The notes beneath the pieces are model-generated. The model was not told where the DNA came from. It worked only from the letters and a program-made list of their open reading frames with translations, and made no database searches. A stretch of DNA of 64,000 bases from Candidatus Latescibacterota bacterium (GTDB lineage: Bacteria; Latescibacterota; UBA2968; GCA-2709665), in contig OZ241917.1 of the NCBI GenBank assembly GCA_965203805.1, positions 2,688,001-2,752,000 of the forward strand, written 5' to 3'. Of the stretch, positions 41,478 to 51,652 are shown piece after piece (positions within the stretch are counted from its first letter, which is position 1; every line of letters starts with the position of its first letter). The position numbers and the translations under genes are program-made.

Positions 41478-41537
41478 ACTTGAGAAATATGGCAACTTAT
41501 CGTCTATAACCTGAATAATTCACCTAGACAGGAACTT

Positions 41538-41563
41538 ACATGGATGGACAGGATGAACAGGAT
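41538..41563 (+). repeat. Short tandem ACAGGAT-type repeat
   Basis: ACATGGAT-GGACAGGAT-GAACAGGAT. Confidence 0.45.
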
Positions 41564-42076
41564 AAAGACCCAGAGCAGGACAAATGCTCACGATTCCGGG
41601 CCAAACCGATGGATCCTTACCTCCGTGGACAACGAAACATGCCCCTGACCAATCACTTTCGTAATTCATGAAATGCTGACGCGTGATATTTCGCAGAATC
41701 TATTGAAAAACAACCCGTTATACATCAAGACCAGGGTTTTCGTGAATAATCCGCCGTAAATCGTTTAATTGAAGGATTCCGAATCGAAGGGTGCCCGGAG
41801 GTGTCGCAAAACGCGCCTGACTGCCGCGACGTGTATTCCAAATATGCGCGTGCGGAGGGACATAATTTGCGGTACGTGAAGAGATTTGGTCGGCAATCGA
41901 GGGGGCGTGCAAAAAAGCGATGCATTCTGCATCACGGGACGCGTTCTGCAACGATCGGCGCCGGTCGGAAACCGCTTGGAATCGCCAGGGACCGGGAGAC
42001 ACACAAAAAAAATCCCGCTCCATCCCCTCGCCATTCAGTGATGAACTTTCCGGCGGCACCCCGATTAAAGGGTGCC

Positions 42077-42225
42077 GGGCAGTGTCACCACTCACGCAGC
42101 TTTGAGGATGCGGGAAGGTCCTGCGTATTCGCCGGGAACGTGGGAGCTACCCATGCCCCTTTGAGTCGGCTGTTGTATTCGGCAGGCTACCCGACATACG
42201 GGTACTGCCCGAGTGGTGACAACCC
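42077..42225 (-). ncRNA. Candidate structured rod-like RNA (~150 nt)
   Basis: 11-bp closing stem (42083-93 with 42211-21), nested internal stems, upstream TTGTTT-17-TATATT promoter (42255-42227), downstream GC hairpin (42054-77). Confidence 0.5.
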
Positions 42226-42456
42226 GAATATAGTGTCCGCTATTGAGAAAAACAAGGGGCAAATGAGGTCCGGAATTGGGAAGTCCACCCGTCGGAGGCA
42301 AGGGCGCGCGCCGGTCCCCGGCGTTGAGACGCCGCTGAACGTCGACTACAGATGGACCCCAGCCGGTACGTGAGAGCCGCGCCTTCAGAACGGAAGGATC
42401 GCCACAGGCGAAACACCCCATCAACCGCTTCCACTTCGTGAATGATGAAAGTCCTC

Positions 42457-43260
42457 CTATTCTGATTCCCTGACAGGATAGCAAATGTCCGCCTGTTGCA
42501 TCTCCGTTTGCAGCCAGTTGCTGAACAATGTGTGGCGAATCTCGCTGATGACGCGATCTGTCAGCCTCGCAGGATAGCTTCTCTGCAGCATATACAGTGC
42601 GAAGCCGCCAGGCGCTTTGTCGGGACCGAAGACCTCACCCGGCGCGGCAGCGAAGAGGCGCGCGGCAATGCCCTTCGGCAGATGTTCTCGCCGCAACCGC
42701 CCCCTAAACCCGCCGGCAGGCCGTGTGCGCTCGTCCTGAGAGAATTCGCGGGCTAATGCGCAGAAATCGGCGCCGTCTTCACGTATCTGAAATCGGATTT
42801 CGTCGATGACGCCTCTGTCCTTATGGAAAATCCAGCAGACCTCGGCCTCGTCGAAATCCAGCGTGTGCTGTGCGAAGTAGGGTTCAATCCGTCCCTCCGT
42901 GATTTTTCCGGACATCATGCGCTCCAATCGCCTTACCTGGGCGTCTTCGGCAACGTCACCCAGGGTTATGCCTCGGGACCGGAGCCAGGCTTCCGTGTCT
43001 TCCACGCGTTCCAGGCGATGTCGATACCGCCAGTCGTCGACGTCGCGCTGGATATCCTCAGCCTTCGCGTGGATGCCCTCCCTCTCCGCGAGCTGCCGCA
43101 CCAGCTCTCTTCGAGCGTACTCACCGAGGAATCCGAGGTTGTCTGCAACGCCCAGATGGCGCACAACCTGTTTCAGTGACACGGCGATTCCATTGACCCG
43201 AACCAGCGATAAGGCCCCGGCCTCGTTTGCGGGTTCGTGTTCATCCTGACGGCGCATCAC
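42457..43260 (-). CDS. PpiC/rotamase-like foldase associated with the peptide exporter
   Basis: FCALAREFSQDE..GGFRG..LP; SurA-like helical N-part; ATGA-coupled to HlyD. Confidence 0.82.
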   Translation of the reverse strand: MMRRQDEHEPANEAGALSLVRVNGIAVSLKQVVRHLGVADNLGFLGEYARRELVRQLAEREGIHAKAEDIQRDVDDWRYRHRLERVEDTEAWLRSRGITLGDVAEDAQVRRLERMMSGKITEGRIEPYFAQHTLDFDEAEVCWIFHKDRGVIDEIRFQIREDGADFCALAREFSQDERTRPAGGFRGRLRREHLPKGIAARLFAAAPGEVFGPDKAPGGFALYMLQRSYPARLTDRVISEIRHTLFSNWLQTEMQQADICYPVRESE

Positions 43261-44657
43261 GTCTCGCCCTGGCGCGCGGACGGCGTTGTCGCGGCATCGT
43301 ACGTTGCGGACTCGTACAGCTTTCGCAAAGGACTCAGCAGCATCAGCAGGACCGACTGGCGGTCCGTCATGATCTCCGCCGTGCCCTTCATGCCGAAGAG
43401 GAGCGGCTTTTCCTGTCCTTTCACGGCCATGGTGGTCTCCTCCAATTCAACGACCCCTTTGAATATCGGCCCTACGGTCTCGTCGACGACGGCGTCCGGC
43501 GAGATCTGCTTGAGCAATCCGCGTTTAATTCCGAAGTCCTGGAACGCGAAAGCGTCGTATTTCAATTTGACGATCTGTCCCGGCTTGAGCAGGCCCACGT
43601 CCTTGTTCAAAACAGTCAGTTCGGCGACGATCGGCGCGGACGCCGGCGCCAGAGTCGCCAGAGCCTGTCCTTTGTTGATGACATGTCCGAGCGTATTCAC
43701 CTCCACGCGGGTTACAATTCCGGCCTCCGGGGCCAGAATCAGGTCCGATTCGGCATCGAGCTGGCGATCGACGCGTTTGCGCGCCTGATCCAGCCTCAGC
43801 CGCGCGGTCTTGTATGCGTGCCTGATCTGCGCGGCCTCGCGGCCGTGAGCGATGCGAGCCTCGAGAATCCGGCGCTTGAGGTCCTGCACCGCCGTTTCGT
43901 TCTTGTAGATTTCCGACATGCGTCCGGGAAGCTGCGCAAGGGCGGTCAGATATCTGACGCGCGCGCGATTGATCTCCGCCCTGCTGATCAGTTGGCGTTC
44001 GTACAGCATCTTCTGCTGCAGATAGTCTTGTTTCAAATGATCGATTTCGGCCTGACGAAAGCCGATTTGCGCCTGCAATTCCGCATCCGACGGGCCCGCT
44101 CCCCCTTCCTCGAGGGCGCCCACGTCGGCGTGGTAATCCTGCAAGGCATTCTGGTGGGCGACCATGAACCGCTCCAGAACGGACAGCCGTTTATTCAGCG
44201 AAGCGATCGTTTCCCGGTTCAATTCAGTCCTCTGGGGCAATACATGGTGATATTCGTACTCGGCCTTCTGAAACGCCATTTCCGCTTGTTCGAGTTCACG
44301 CAGGTCTCCCCAGGTTTCCCACGATTTGAGCTTGAACAGCAATTGGCCTTCTTCGATGTGGTCGCCTTCCGTAATACCGATGTATTCGATTTCACCGCCG
44401 CGACGGGCCTGCAACGTCTTCACTTTTCCGAGCGGTACGAGCCTGAACGGCGCTGACGCGACCACGTCCACCTTGCCCCACCACGCCCACACGACCGCGA
44501 TGCCGACAAACAGGAGCACGATATATAACAACGCCCGGCCCCAAAACGGTCGGAGGGACCCGATAAACGCGCGCATGTCTTCGGCCGCGTCGTCCCGGGG
44601 CCCGACAACGACAGTCGGCGCGGTACCGGGTGAGGATTTCAGCGGGTGTCCCGTCAC
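43257..44657 (-). CDS. HlyD-family membrane fusion protein
   Basis: N-terminal TM, EGDHIEEGQLL, long coiled coil, DAFAFQDFG, GMKGTAEI. Confidence 0.93.
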   Translation of the reverse strand: MTGHPLKSSPGTAPTVVVGPRDDAAEDMRAFIGSLRPFWGRALLYIVLLFVGIAVVWAWWGKVDVVASAPFRLVPLGKVKTLQARRGGEIEYIGITEGDHIEEGQLLFKLKSWETWGDLRELEQAEMAFQKAEYEYHHVLPQRTELNRETIASLNKRLSVLERFMVAHQNALQDYHADVGALEEGGAGPSDAELQAQIGFRQAEIDHLKQDYLQQKMLYERQLISRAEINRARVRYLTALAQLPGRMSEIYKNETAVQDLKRRILEARIAHGREAAQIRHAYKTARLRLDQARKRVDRQLDAESDLILAPEAGIVTRVEVNTLGHVINKGQALATLAPASAPIVAELTVLNKDVGLLKPGQIVKLKYDAFAFQDFGIKRGLLKQISPDAVVDETVGPIFKGVVELEETTMAVKGQEKPLLFGMKGTAEIMTDRQSVLLMLLSPLRKLYESATYDAATTPSARQGET

Positions 44658-44684
44658 GGGTACGGCTCCTCGCAGGCAGGTGGT

Positions 44685-47600
44685 TCAAGCCATCTGCAAC
44701 TGCTGGCTGGACATGTGGTAGTAAAGGCCGCGGCGATCCATGAGTTCTTCATGGGTTCCCGTGTCGACGATGTGGCCCTTTTCAAGCACGACAATCACGT
44801 CGGCATCCCGCACGGTACTCAAACGGTGAGCAATGATCATTGCGGTGCGGTTTTCGAGGAAAAGGTCCAGGTTTGCCTGGATCGCGCCTTCGGAGTCCGT
44901 ATCCAGTGCGTTTGTGGCTTCGTCGAAGATCAGGATTCCCGGATCACGGTACAGCGCTCTCGCGATCGCAATCCGTTGCCGCTGTCCGCCGGACAATCCG
45001 ATCCCCTGCTCGCCGACTTTTGTCTCATATCCCAGGGGCATCTCGGTCACAAAGTCCTGTACACAGGCCATTCTCGCCACCTCAAGGACCCGGTCCATAT
45101 CGGCGTCGGCTTCTCCAACCGCGATGTTCTCCGCAATCGTGCCGCTGAAAAGAAACGGATCCTGCATCACCATGCCCACCTGGCGCCGAAGCCAGTGCGG
45201 GTCCAGGTCGCGCACGTCCATCCCATCCAGCACCACCCTCCCTTCCGTGGGATCGAACAGGCGCGGCACCAGCTTCACCAGCGTGGTCTTGCCCGCCCCG
45301 CTCCGCCCGACAATGGCGACTTTGCGCCCCGGTTCGAGAATCAGGCTGATGTTGTTCAACACGTAAGGTTCGTCGGAGCCCACGCCGTATCTGAAAAACA
45401 CATCGTCGAATATAACGCGGCCTTCCACCCGTTTCAGTCTCATGCCGTGCCCGCGCTGGCGCGCATCCTCCATCTCTGCGTCGTACACGTCATTCAGCCT
45501 GTCCAGGGCGACGCGGGCTTCCTGCACCTCCGGCCAGACGCCGATCAACCCCATTACAGGTCCCATAACGTTGCCGATGAGCGCGTTGAACGCCATCAAC
45601 TGCCCCACGGACAGCTCCCCTTCCATAACCAGGGATGCGCCGTACCACAGGATCACGGTTGAACTCAGCAGATTGATCATACTGCCCCCCGCCCCGAACA
45701 GCATTTCCATTTTCAAACGCTTGAAACCGATCTGGATTTCTTTCGTGAACTTCCCTTCCCATTGCCACCTGGTGACGCGTTCGACGGCCTCGGCCTTCAC
45801 CACGTCGACGCCGTGCAATGAGTCGATCAGGACGGACGACTGCTCCGCGCGGGCAAGAAAGGCGCGCTGGCTGAACGACTTCAATATCGGGGTATAAATC
45901 AGCGTGAGACCCACGGAAAGCGGCACGAAGATCAACATCACGAGCGTCAGCTCCCAATTGTAATAGAACATCAGTCCCAGATAGACGAACAACATGATGA
46001 AGTCCAGTATTGCGGACACGGTCGTGTCGGTAAACAGGCGCTGGATCGTGGCGTTCTCCTTGAACCGCGTGGTCAAATCGCCGGTGCGCCTCAGCGCGAA
46101 GAATCGCATGGAAAGACCCAGCAGGTGCCGGTAGAACCTGCACAACATCGTAAGGCTGAGGCGCGCGCTGATATATCCGATGAGATATGCGCGCAAGGTC
46201 GACGTCCCCATCTGGAACAGCGCCACAACGACCATACCCGCCAGCATCAGGTTCAGCAGATCCCTGTCGTGATGCACAAGTACCTGGTCCACGATCGTCT
46301 GTGTGAATACCGGGGAGGCCAGTCCGAACAGACTGAGCACCAGAGACGCCAGCAACACCTCGATCAGGATGGGTGTATAAGGCTTGATCAACGGGAAGAA
46401 CCGCTTGAAGGAAGACCTGGAGGGTTCATTCTCGGACACCTGATCCGTGTATTCCAGCAGGAGGGCCATATTGGTCCAGCTCTTCTCGAATTCCGCACGG
46501 GACAACGTCCGGAGGCCCAGGGCGGGATCCGCGATCCTCACGTCTTTTCTGGTGATTTCGTACAGCACCACGAAATGGTTGCCTTCCCAGTGCAGGATCG
46601 CCGGCAGTCCGGTCCGCATCAGCGCTTCGTATCCCGTACGCACGCCGCGCGTGACGAACCCGAGCGTCTCCGCCGCTTCGGCCAGCGCCGCCATCGACGT
46701 GCCGTCGCGGGAAACGTTGCACATATCGCGCAGCCGGTTCAGCCCGATCGGCATCTTGTAATACTTGCAGATCATCCCCAGACACGCCGCCCCGCAATCG
46801 GACTGATCATGCTGTTTCAGGAATGGATAGCGGAACGAAGACGGCGCGCCGTTTCTTCCATCATCCGATTCACCGCTCCCGGTTCCGTCTGCCGGTCCGT
46901 TCGCGTCTGCGACGTTCTTCTTTTCCGGCGATCGGGCTTCGACCCTGGCGCGCACTTCGGAAGGACGGGTCCCGAGGGACGGTGACACGTTCGAATTCTC
47001 TCCTGCATGCAACTGACGCACCAGGGACGTGGCGGACCCGAACGCGGCAGCCGCGTCGCCAAGGTCACGAAAGTCGCTATCGGCGAGGTAAAACAGAACA
47101 CTATCCCGGGTACTGCGGACAACCGGGGGCCCGCCTTCGGAACGATCGGTTTCCTCGAAGAAATCACCCGCGACCAGACGACGGGCGACGCCATCCCCGG
47201 ACATCATCTCCAGCTCGCCGCTTCCCACCACGCAGAACCGCCCTCGCGACTGACCGGGACCGGAAACCGTCGCTCCCGTCGCAATCTCCTCACGCTTCAT
47301 ACGACGGAACAACCTCCGCATCGCATCCCCGGAAACGGACCCTTTCAGAAACCTCGTGAAATCCCGATATGGGATATTCGCCACCTGATCCTGGAGATGT
47401 GCTTTCAGTTCGGGTTCTTTTTTCGTCACGTTGACGAAGTCACCCCGCGACACACGCAAAACCTCGGAATCCTCCACCGCGCGCACCGATGCCCGATGTC
47501 CGCGGCCGGTCAGCAGCGCCCCCTCGCCGAAATGGTCGCCGGGATACAGGAAACCCAGGGTTTCAGGATGGCCGTCCGCATTTCGCCCGATCACTCGCAA

Positions 47601-47726
47601 CCGACCCGATCGCACGATGTAGAACGCATCGCCGGGTCTCCCCTGATCGAAGACGACCGACCCGAAGGGAAATCCGACCGGCTCTGACCGAATCGACATT
47701 TGAGAAATGAGGGATAGGACGTCCAT
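44685..47726 (-). CDS. Peptidase-containing ABC transporter (cNMP-binding domains + C39 peptidase + TMD + NBD)
   Basis: GDHFGEGALL..RASVRA; QHDQSDCGAACL, HWEGNHFVV, IADPA; GRSGAGKT, LSGGQRQR, ILIFDEAT. Confidence 0.95.
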   Translation of the reverse strand: MDVLSLISQMSIRSEPVGFPFGSVVFDQGRPGDAFYIVRSGRLRVIGRNADGHPETLGFLYPGDHFGEGALLTGRGHRASVRAVEDSEVLRVSRGDFVNVTKKEPELKAHLQDQVANIPYRDFTRFLKGSVSGDAMRRLFRRMKREEIATGATVSGPGQSRGRFCVVGSGELEMMSGDGVARRLVAGDFFEETDRSEGGPPVVRSTRDSVLFYLADSDFRDLGDAAAAFGSATSLVRQLHAGENSNVSPSLGTRPSEVRARVEARSPEKKNVADANGPADGTGSGESDDGRNGAPSSFRYPFLKQHDQSDCGAACLGMICKYYKMPIGLNRLRDMCNVSRDGTSMAALAEAAETLGFVTRGVRTGYEALMRTGLPAILHWEGNHFVVLYEITRKDVRIADPALGLRTLSRAEFEKSWTNMALLLEYTDQVSENEPSRSSFKRFFPLIKPYTPILIEVLLASLVLSLFGLASPVFTQTIVDQVLVHHDRDLLNLMLAGMVVVALFQMGTSTLRAYLIGYISARLSLTMLCRFYRHLLGLSMRFFALRRTGDLTTRFKENATIQRLFTDTTVSAILDFIMLFVYLGLMFYYNWELTLVMLIFVPLSVGLTLIYTPILKSFSQRAFLARAEQSSVLIDSLHGVDVVKAEAVERVTRWQWEGKFTKEIQIGFKRLKMEMLFGAGGSMINLLSSTVILWYGASLVMEGELSVGQLMAFNALIGNVMGPVMGLIGVWPEVQEARVALDRLNDVYDAEMEDARQRGHGMRLKRVEGRVIFDDVFFRYGVGSDEPYVLNNISLILEPGRKVAIVGRSGAGKTTLVKLVPRLFDPTEGRVVLDGMDVRDLDPHWLRRQVGMVMQDPFLFSGTIAENIAVGEADADMDRVLEVARMACVQDFVTEMPLGYETKVGEQGIGLSGGQRQRIAIARALYRDPGILIFDEATNALDTDSEGAIQANLDLFLENRTAMIIAHRLSTVRDADVIVVLEKGHIVDTGTHEELMDRRGLYYHMSSQQLQMA

Positions 47727-47818
47727 GGATTGATTCCCGCGATTCGCAGCGTTGTTCGAATCTCCGGATGTAGACCGGTGTCCAGCAGGCTACTGCACGT
47801 TGAATTTCGATCCCATAT

Positions 47819-47834
47819 ATACTATATATAGTAT
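47819..47834. promoter_or_regulatory. Perfect 16-bp AT palindrome ATACTATATATAGTAT upstream of the PCAT gene
   Basis: Self-complementary, in otherwise GC-rich intergenic DNA ~95 bp before the ATG. Confidence 0.5.
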
Positions 47835-47891
47835 GTCAGTGTGCGTGATCCGCTGTCTCGTGACGCAGCGATACGTCCCCAACCGGCGCGG

Positions 47892-48767
47892 CTACTTCGG
47901 AGGCAGTGAGCGCCCCACGAGTCCCGGCGTTGCATCCGTCCCGGGATCTTCAGGCGGGACCTCGCCCTCAGAAACGGGCTCAGCGGGCTTCGCAACCCGG
48001 GAAAACCACCACAGTCCCACAGCAGCGAGCGCCACCCCGGCCGCACTGAACCACCAGGGGTTGAACGCTACGTCGTTGAGGTCACCCGAAATGTCTATAT
48101 CCGATATATCAGAATGCAGAATCGTCACGGCGATTAGGTTGTTCAATGCGTGTCCGAACAGGGCGGGCAACAAGGATCCTGTACGGATAACCCACCACGC
48201 CCAGACCATGCCTGATATGAAGATAGGCACAAATGTCCACGGGTCCAGATGCAACATTCCAAACAAGACTGCTGACAATAGAACCGCGCAGACCCTTGAA
48301 TGATGTGCCAGCAGACCACTCAGGATAATGCCTCTGAATAGCAACTCTTCGCCCAGAGGCGCGATGACGGCTGCCCCGAAGACAGCCGACAGAAAAGACG
48401 TCTTGCGCAGGATCTCCGAACGATAGATTTCCTGCATCCACTCGGGAACGGGAGCAATCCGAATCGCGACTTTCATCAATTCGGTATCGAGCATCCCCAG
48501 GCCGACGACTGATATTGCAACGCAGGGCCATATCCGCCAATCAAACCGCGTGTTGAATAGAGGACGTATATATCGCCAGTCCAGATCCGTGCGCCGGTAA
48601 ACATAACCCAGAAGAATGACGAAATTCACCAGCAACAGAATTCCCATCAGGAAATCGTCTTCAAACTTCCACCGGTCGACAACGAGCACCGCCACCGCCA
48701 GGCCAACCTGAATCAACAGGAACAGAAACAGTAACCAGATCGTCTGTTTCAGGTTCGGATACGCCAT
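47892..48767 (-). CDS. CPBP intramembrane metalloprotease, paralogue 2
   Basis: MAYPNLKQ; GEELLFRG, FGMLH, GHALNN. Confidence 0.92.
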   Translation of the reverse strand: MAYPNLKQTIWLLFLFLLIQVGLAVAVLVVDRWKFEDDFLMGILLLVNFVILLGYVYRRTDLDWRYIRPLFNTRFDWRIWPCVAISVVGLGMLDTELMKVAIRIAPVPEWMQEIYRSEILRKTSFLSAVFGAAVIAPLGEELLFRGIILSGLLAHHSRVCAVLLSAVLFGMLHLDPWTFVPIFISGMVWAWWVIRTGSLLPALFGHALNNLIAVTILHSDISDIDISGDLNDVAFNPWWFSAAGVALAAVGLWWFSRVAKPAEPVSEGEVPPEDPGTDATPGLVGRSLPPK

Positions 48768-48779
48768 ATGGATAACTTA

Positions 48780-49649
48780 TTATGTTGAGGATGAAGAACC
48801 CGGATCGTACCGCATTGGTTCGTGGGGTTCATCAACGCGTATTGTCGGCGCCTCTCTGGAGGACAAAACGTAGAATCCGGCTTCCGACGAATGATCCTGA
48901 ATCCAACTGTCATTGTCATATCTGCGAGCCTTTGAATAAACCATGACATCTCCCGCGCCTCCGGCAAACGTGGCACAAAGTAGCAAGACCGACCAGACCG
49001 CCGGATCAAACGACAGAATTAAAACCGCGGCGGGTGTTGTTACGATCAACGGGAGTAGCGCGAATGCCCGGTATGCGCTCAGTGTCATCGGTTTGTCAGC
49101 GTGGCAGTAAAAGGCCGTTAATCGCAAGTTGATTCCAAAGTGCAGCGAACTAAATGGAATTTTCCCCCACGCCATCGCGGCAATACCGTGAAGTGCTTCG
49201 TGAATCACAAACAAGGCGATTAGTCCTCCAATCAATTTCCATAGATCGACGAGAGGAAATCGCAGCTCTATCGCCCATGGAAGCAAGGCATCTGCCCCGA
49301 TGACAGACATTCCCGAAATCCAGAACATCAAAAAACACAAACTGTAAATCTCGTGTTTTTCAAGAATCACTTCAGTGACGTTAGAATCCTGGCCGGGTTC
49401 AATTCCGCCTGGATTCGACACACATAACCCGCCGACTGCGGTCACCATTCCCGCTGCGGTTTCATAGAGCTTTTTTCGAAAGATTATAAACGAGAATGCC
49501 TGAACAACCAGGACCGCCATCAGGATCACAAGATCGAATTGAATGACGTACCTGAGAATCAGCAAAGCAGGCGCAACGGAAAATAGCGCATACGATATGG
49601 CCGCGAGAATCCAACGACTCCACGTTCCCCCTGGGAGGACATCCTTCAT
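48780..49649 (-). CDS. DUF3267-like membrane zinc metalloprotease with an extra N-terminal TM pair
   Basis: IHEALHG, AFYCH, ALLPL, GGAGD, WIQDH. Confidence 0.82.
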   Translation of the reverse strand: MKDVLPGGTWSRWILAAISYALFSVAPALLILRYVIQFDLVILMAVLVVQAFSFIIFRKKLYETAAGMVTAVGGLCVSNPGGIEPGQDSNVTEVILEKHEIYSLCFLMFWISGMSVIGADALLPWAIELRFPLVDLWKLIGGLIALFVIHEALHGIAAMAWGKIPFSSLHFGINLRLTAFYCHADKPMTLSAYRAFALLPLIVTTPAAVLILSFDPAVWSVLLLCATFAGGAGDVMVYSKARRYDNDSWIQDHSSEAGFYVLSSREAPTIRVDEPHEPMRYDPGSSSST

Positions 49650-49748
49650 CCGGAACCTCCGATGCTGTGTCTATTGGTCTTTCTTGTGAATCAATGGACT
49701 ATTGCCTGATTTGTTCGTGTCACAAACTTAGAACTCTGCGATCTGCGG

Positions 49749-50603
49749 CTAGTCGCCGTCTGCTGGCGAATCTGCCGTCTCAGTCACGAGGGGGTTGGCT
49801 GATTGCGTCTTCTTCGATATCTGGCGAAACCACCAGAGTCCTAGTGTAGCCAATAACACGCCAGCGCCTGTCCACCACCAGGGATTGAAAAACACAACAT
49901 TGAAGTCTTCTGCTACCTCGAGATATGGTATTTCGAAGTGCAACGTCGTGACGCCGATGAGATTGTTCAATGCGTGGCCGAAAAGCGCAGGCCACAAGGA
50001 TCCAGTCCGGAAATACCACCAGGCGAATACGAGCCCGTACAATAGGGCCGGTGGAAATTGCCAGGGATTGAGATGACCCACGCCAAACAGAAACGCCGAC
50101 CAGAAAATCGCCCTGTTCCTGGTATAGTGTGCCAGCAAACCGGCAAATATCGCGCCTCTGTATAGCAACTCTTCAACGATCGGGGCGACAAACACGGCCC
50201 GGAACACGGCTGAGGAGTAAGATGTTTTGCGCCCGAACTCCGATTTAAAAATGTCCTGGATTAAATCGGGCATAGGAATCAACCGAATTACCGCTTTGTC
50301 CATTTCAAGTAGAACCATCCCGATACCAAAGATCGAAATTGCCACACAAGGCCACACACGCCAATCAAAGTTTGTGTTCAGCAATTGTGATGTGTCTCTC
50401 CAGGTTCGATCCGCGCGGCGGAATACGTAGCGCAAGTAGAGAAAGTAAACCACCAGAGTCGATATGCCTGTCAACAGGTTTTCGTGTCGAGAACTTTCGC
50501 CAAGGACGGTCTGTACAACGTAGATGATGAGTTCCAAAACCGACTCTGTTATCCAGAATAGAACCACTAACCAGATGGACTGCCGAATGTTCGGATACGT
50601 CAT
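49749..50603 (-). CDS. CPBP intramembrane metalloprotease, paralogue 1
   Basis: MTYPNIRQ; VEELLYRG, FGVGH, GHALNN. Confidence 0.92.
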   Translation of the reverse strand: MTYPNIRQSIWLVVLFWITESVLELIIYVVQTVLGESSRHENLLTGISTLVVYFLYLRYVFRRADRTWRDTSQLLNTNFDWRVWPCVAISIFGIGMVLLEMDKAVIRLIPMPDLIQDIFKSEFGRKTSYSSAVFRAVFVAPIVEELLYRGAIFAGLLAHYTRNRAIFWSAFLFGVGHLNPWQFPPALLYGLVFAWWYFRTGSLWPALFGHALNNLIGVTTLHFEIPYLEVAEDFNVVFFNPWWWTGAGVLLATLGLWWFRQISKKTQSANPLVTETADSPADGD

Positions 50604-50910
50604 TCGAATATCCTATCGTAAGGCGTCGCGGACCGTGGTTTCACGTGGGGCCGAGATCTTTAGTTGGATTACGCCTAAAGAAGAAGTAGACGCAAGATAA
50701 TGATCTGGAAAGGTCACTCACACTGCAATCTAAACGTGCCTTCCGGCGCTCTATCCGGATTCCTGCATCGGCTTCCTCGGCAAATTACCAGAGTGAATGA
50801 GGCGTGATCTCGCCGTTCCTCCAGCCCTTTTGCAACCTTAGAGAATGCGAGCGATTGAATGCACTTGGGCCCAAACTCTCCGTGGGCCCTCCCCTCCTCG
50901 CATGGTTGAC

Positions 50911-51516
50911 TCACTCGACTGGGGTCTCGCCCTCCGGCCAAATGGTACAACCAGGTTCGGATGGATGATCTCTGACCCAGAGATTCTTGTCGTAGTCCTG
51001 GACTTTGAAATACATCAATACGTCCCCTGAACACCCTGAGAACGCCACACTGAAGAGTAATAGTGTCCAGATAGCTGGATCCAAAAGGATCACAAGACCG
51101 GTAACGAATGTAGTAACTAAAAGAGGCAGGAGCAGCAAGACACGAAAATTACCCATCCTCATCCGGCTCGAAAAATGGCAATAAGGGGCCAGCCATTTCC
51201 ATTTGAATCCGAAACGAACCGAACTGTATGGGACCTTGCCCCACTTCAGTGCGGCAAAGGCGTGTAGCGCCTCATGAAAGACGACGATGAGAATTGTACA
51301 AGCCAGAAACATCCAGCGGTCGCGATTGAGGAAGCGGAAATCGATTTTCCATAAATTGACTATATCGCCTACTAAAGCAAGAGTAAACGCGAAACAGAAC
51401 ATTACTAACGAAAAAACAACCATATAGACTTTGTCAACGCGAAACTCAAGAATCTCGTGTCCGATCTTATCTCGATCGAGTAATCGCCCCGAATCGGCTC
51501 CTTCATTCATCGGCAT
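50911..51516 (-). CDS. DUF3267-like membrane zinc metalloprotease
   Basis: FHEALHA, APYCH, GCSGD, WVRDHP; GAGG RBS before ATG 51516. Confidence 0.85.
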   Translation of the reverse strand: MPMNEGADSGRLLDRDKIGHEILEFRVDKVYMVVFSLVMFCFAFTLALVGDIVNLWKIDFRFLNRDRWMFLACTILIVVFHEALHAFAALKWGKVPYSSVRFGFKWKWLAPYCHFSSRMRMGNFRVLLLLPLLVTTFVTGLVILLDPAIWTLLLFSVAFSGCSGDVLMYFKVQDYDKNLWVRDHPSEPGCTIWPEGETPVE

Positions 51517-51652
51517 ACCATCCTCACGCTTCCGCGTTCGAATCAAGATTGCAGTGCCTACCAGGTCTCGTGATTGTGACCCCTGGATGGAGAAAATCGG
51601 AAGTCGCAAAGCAGAGTAGCACTTGGGTCTTATCGAATAGCAACGGCATCAG

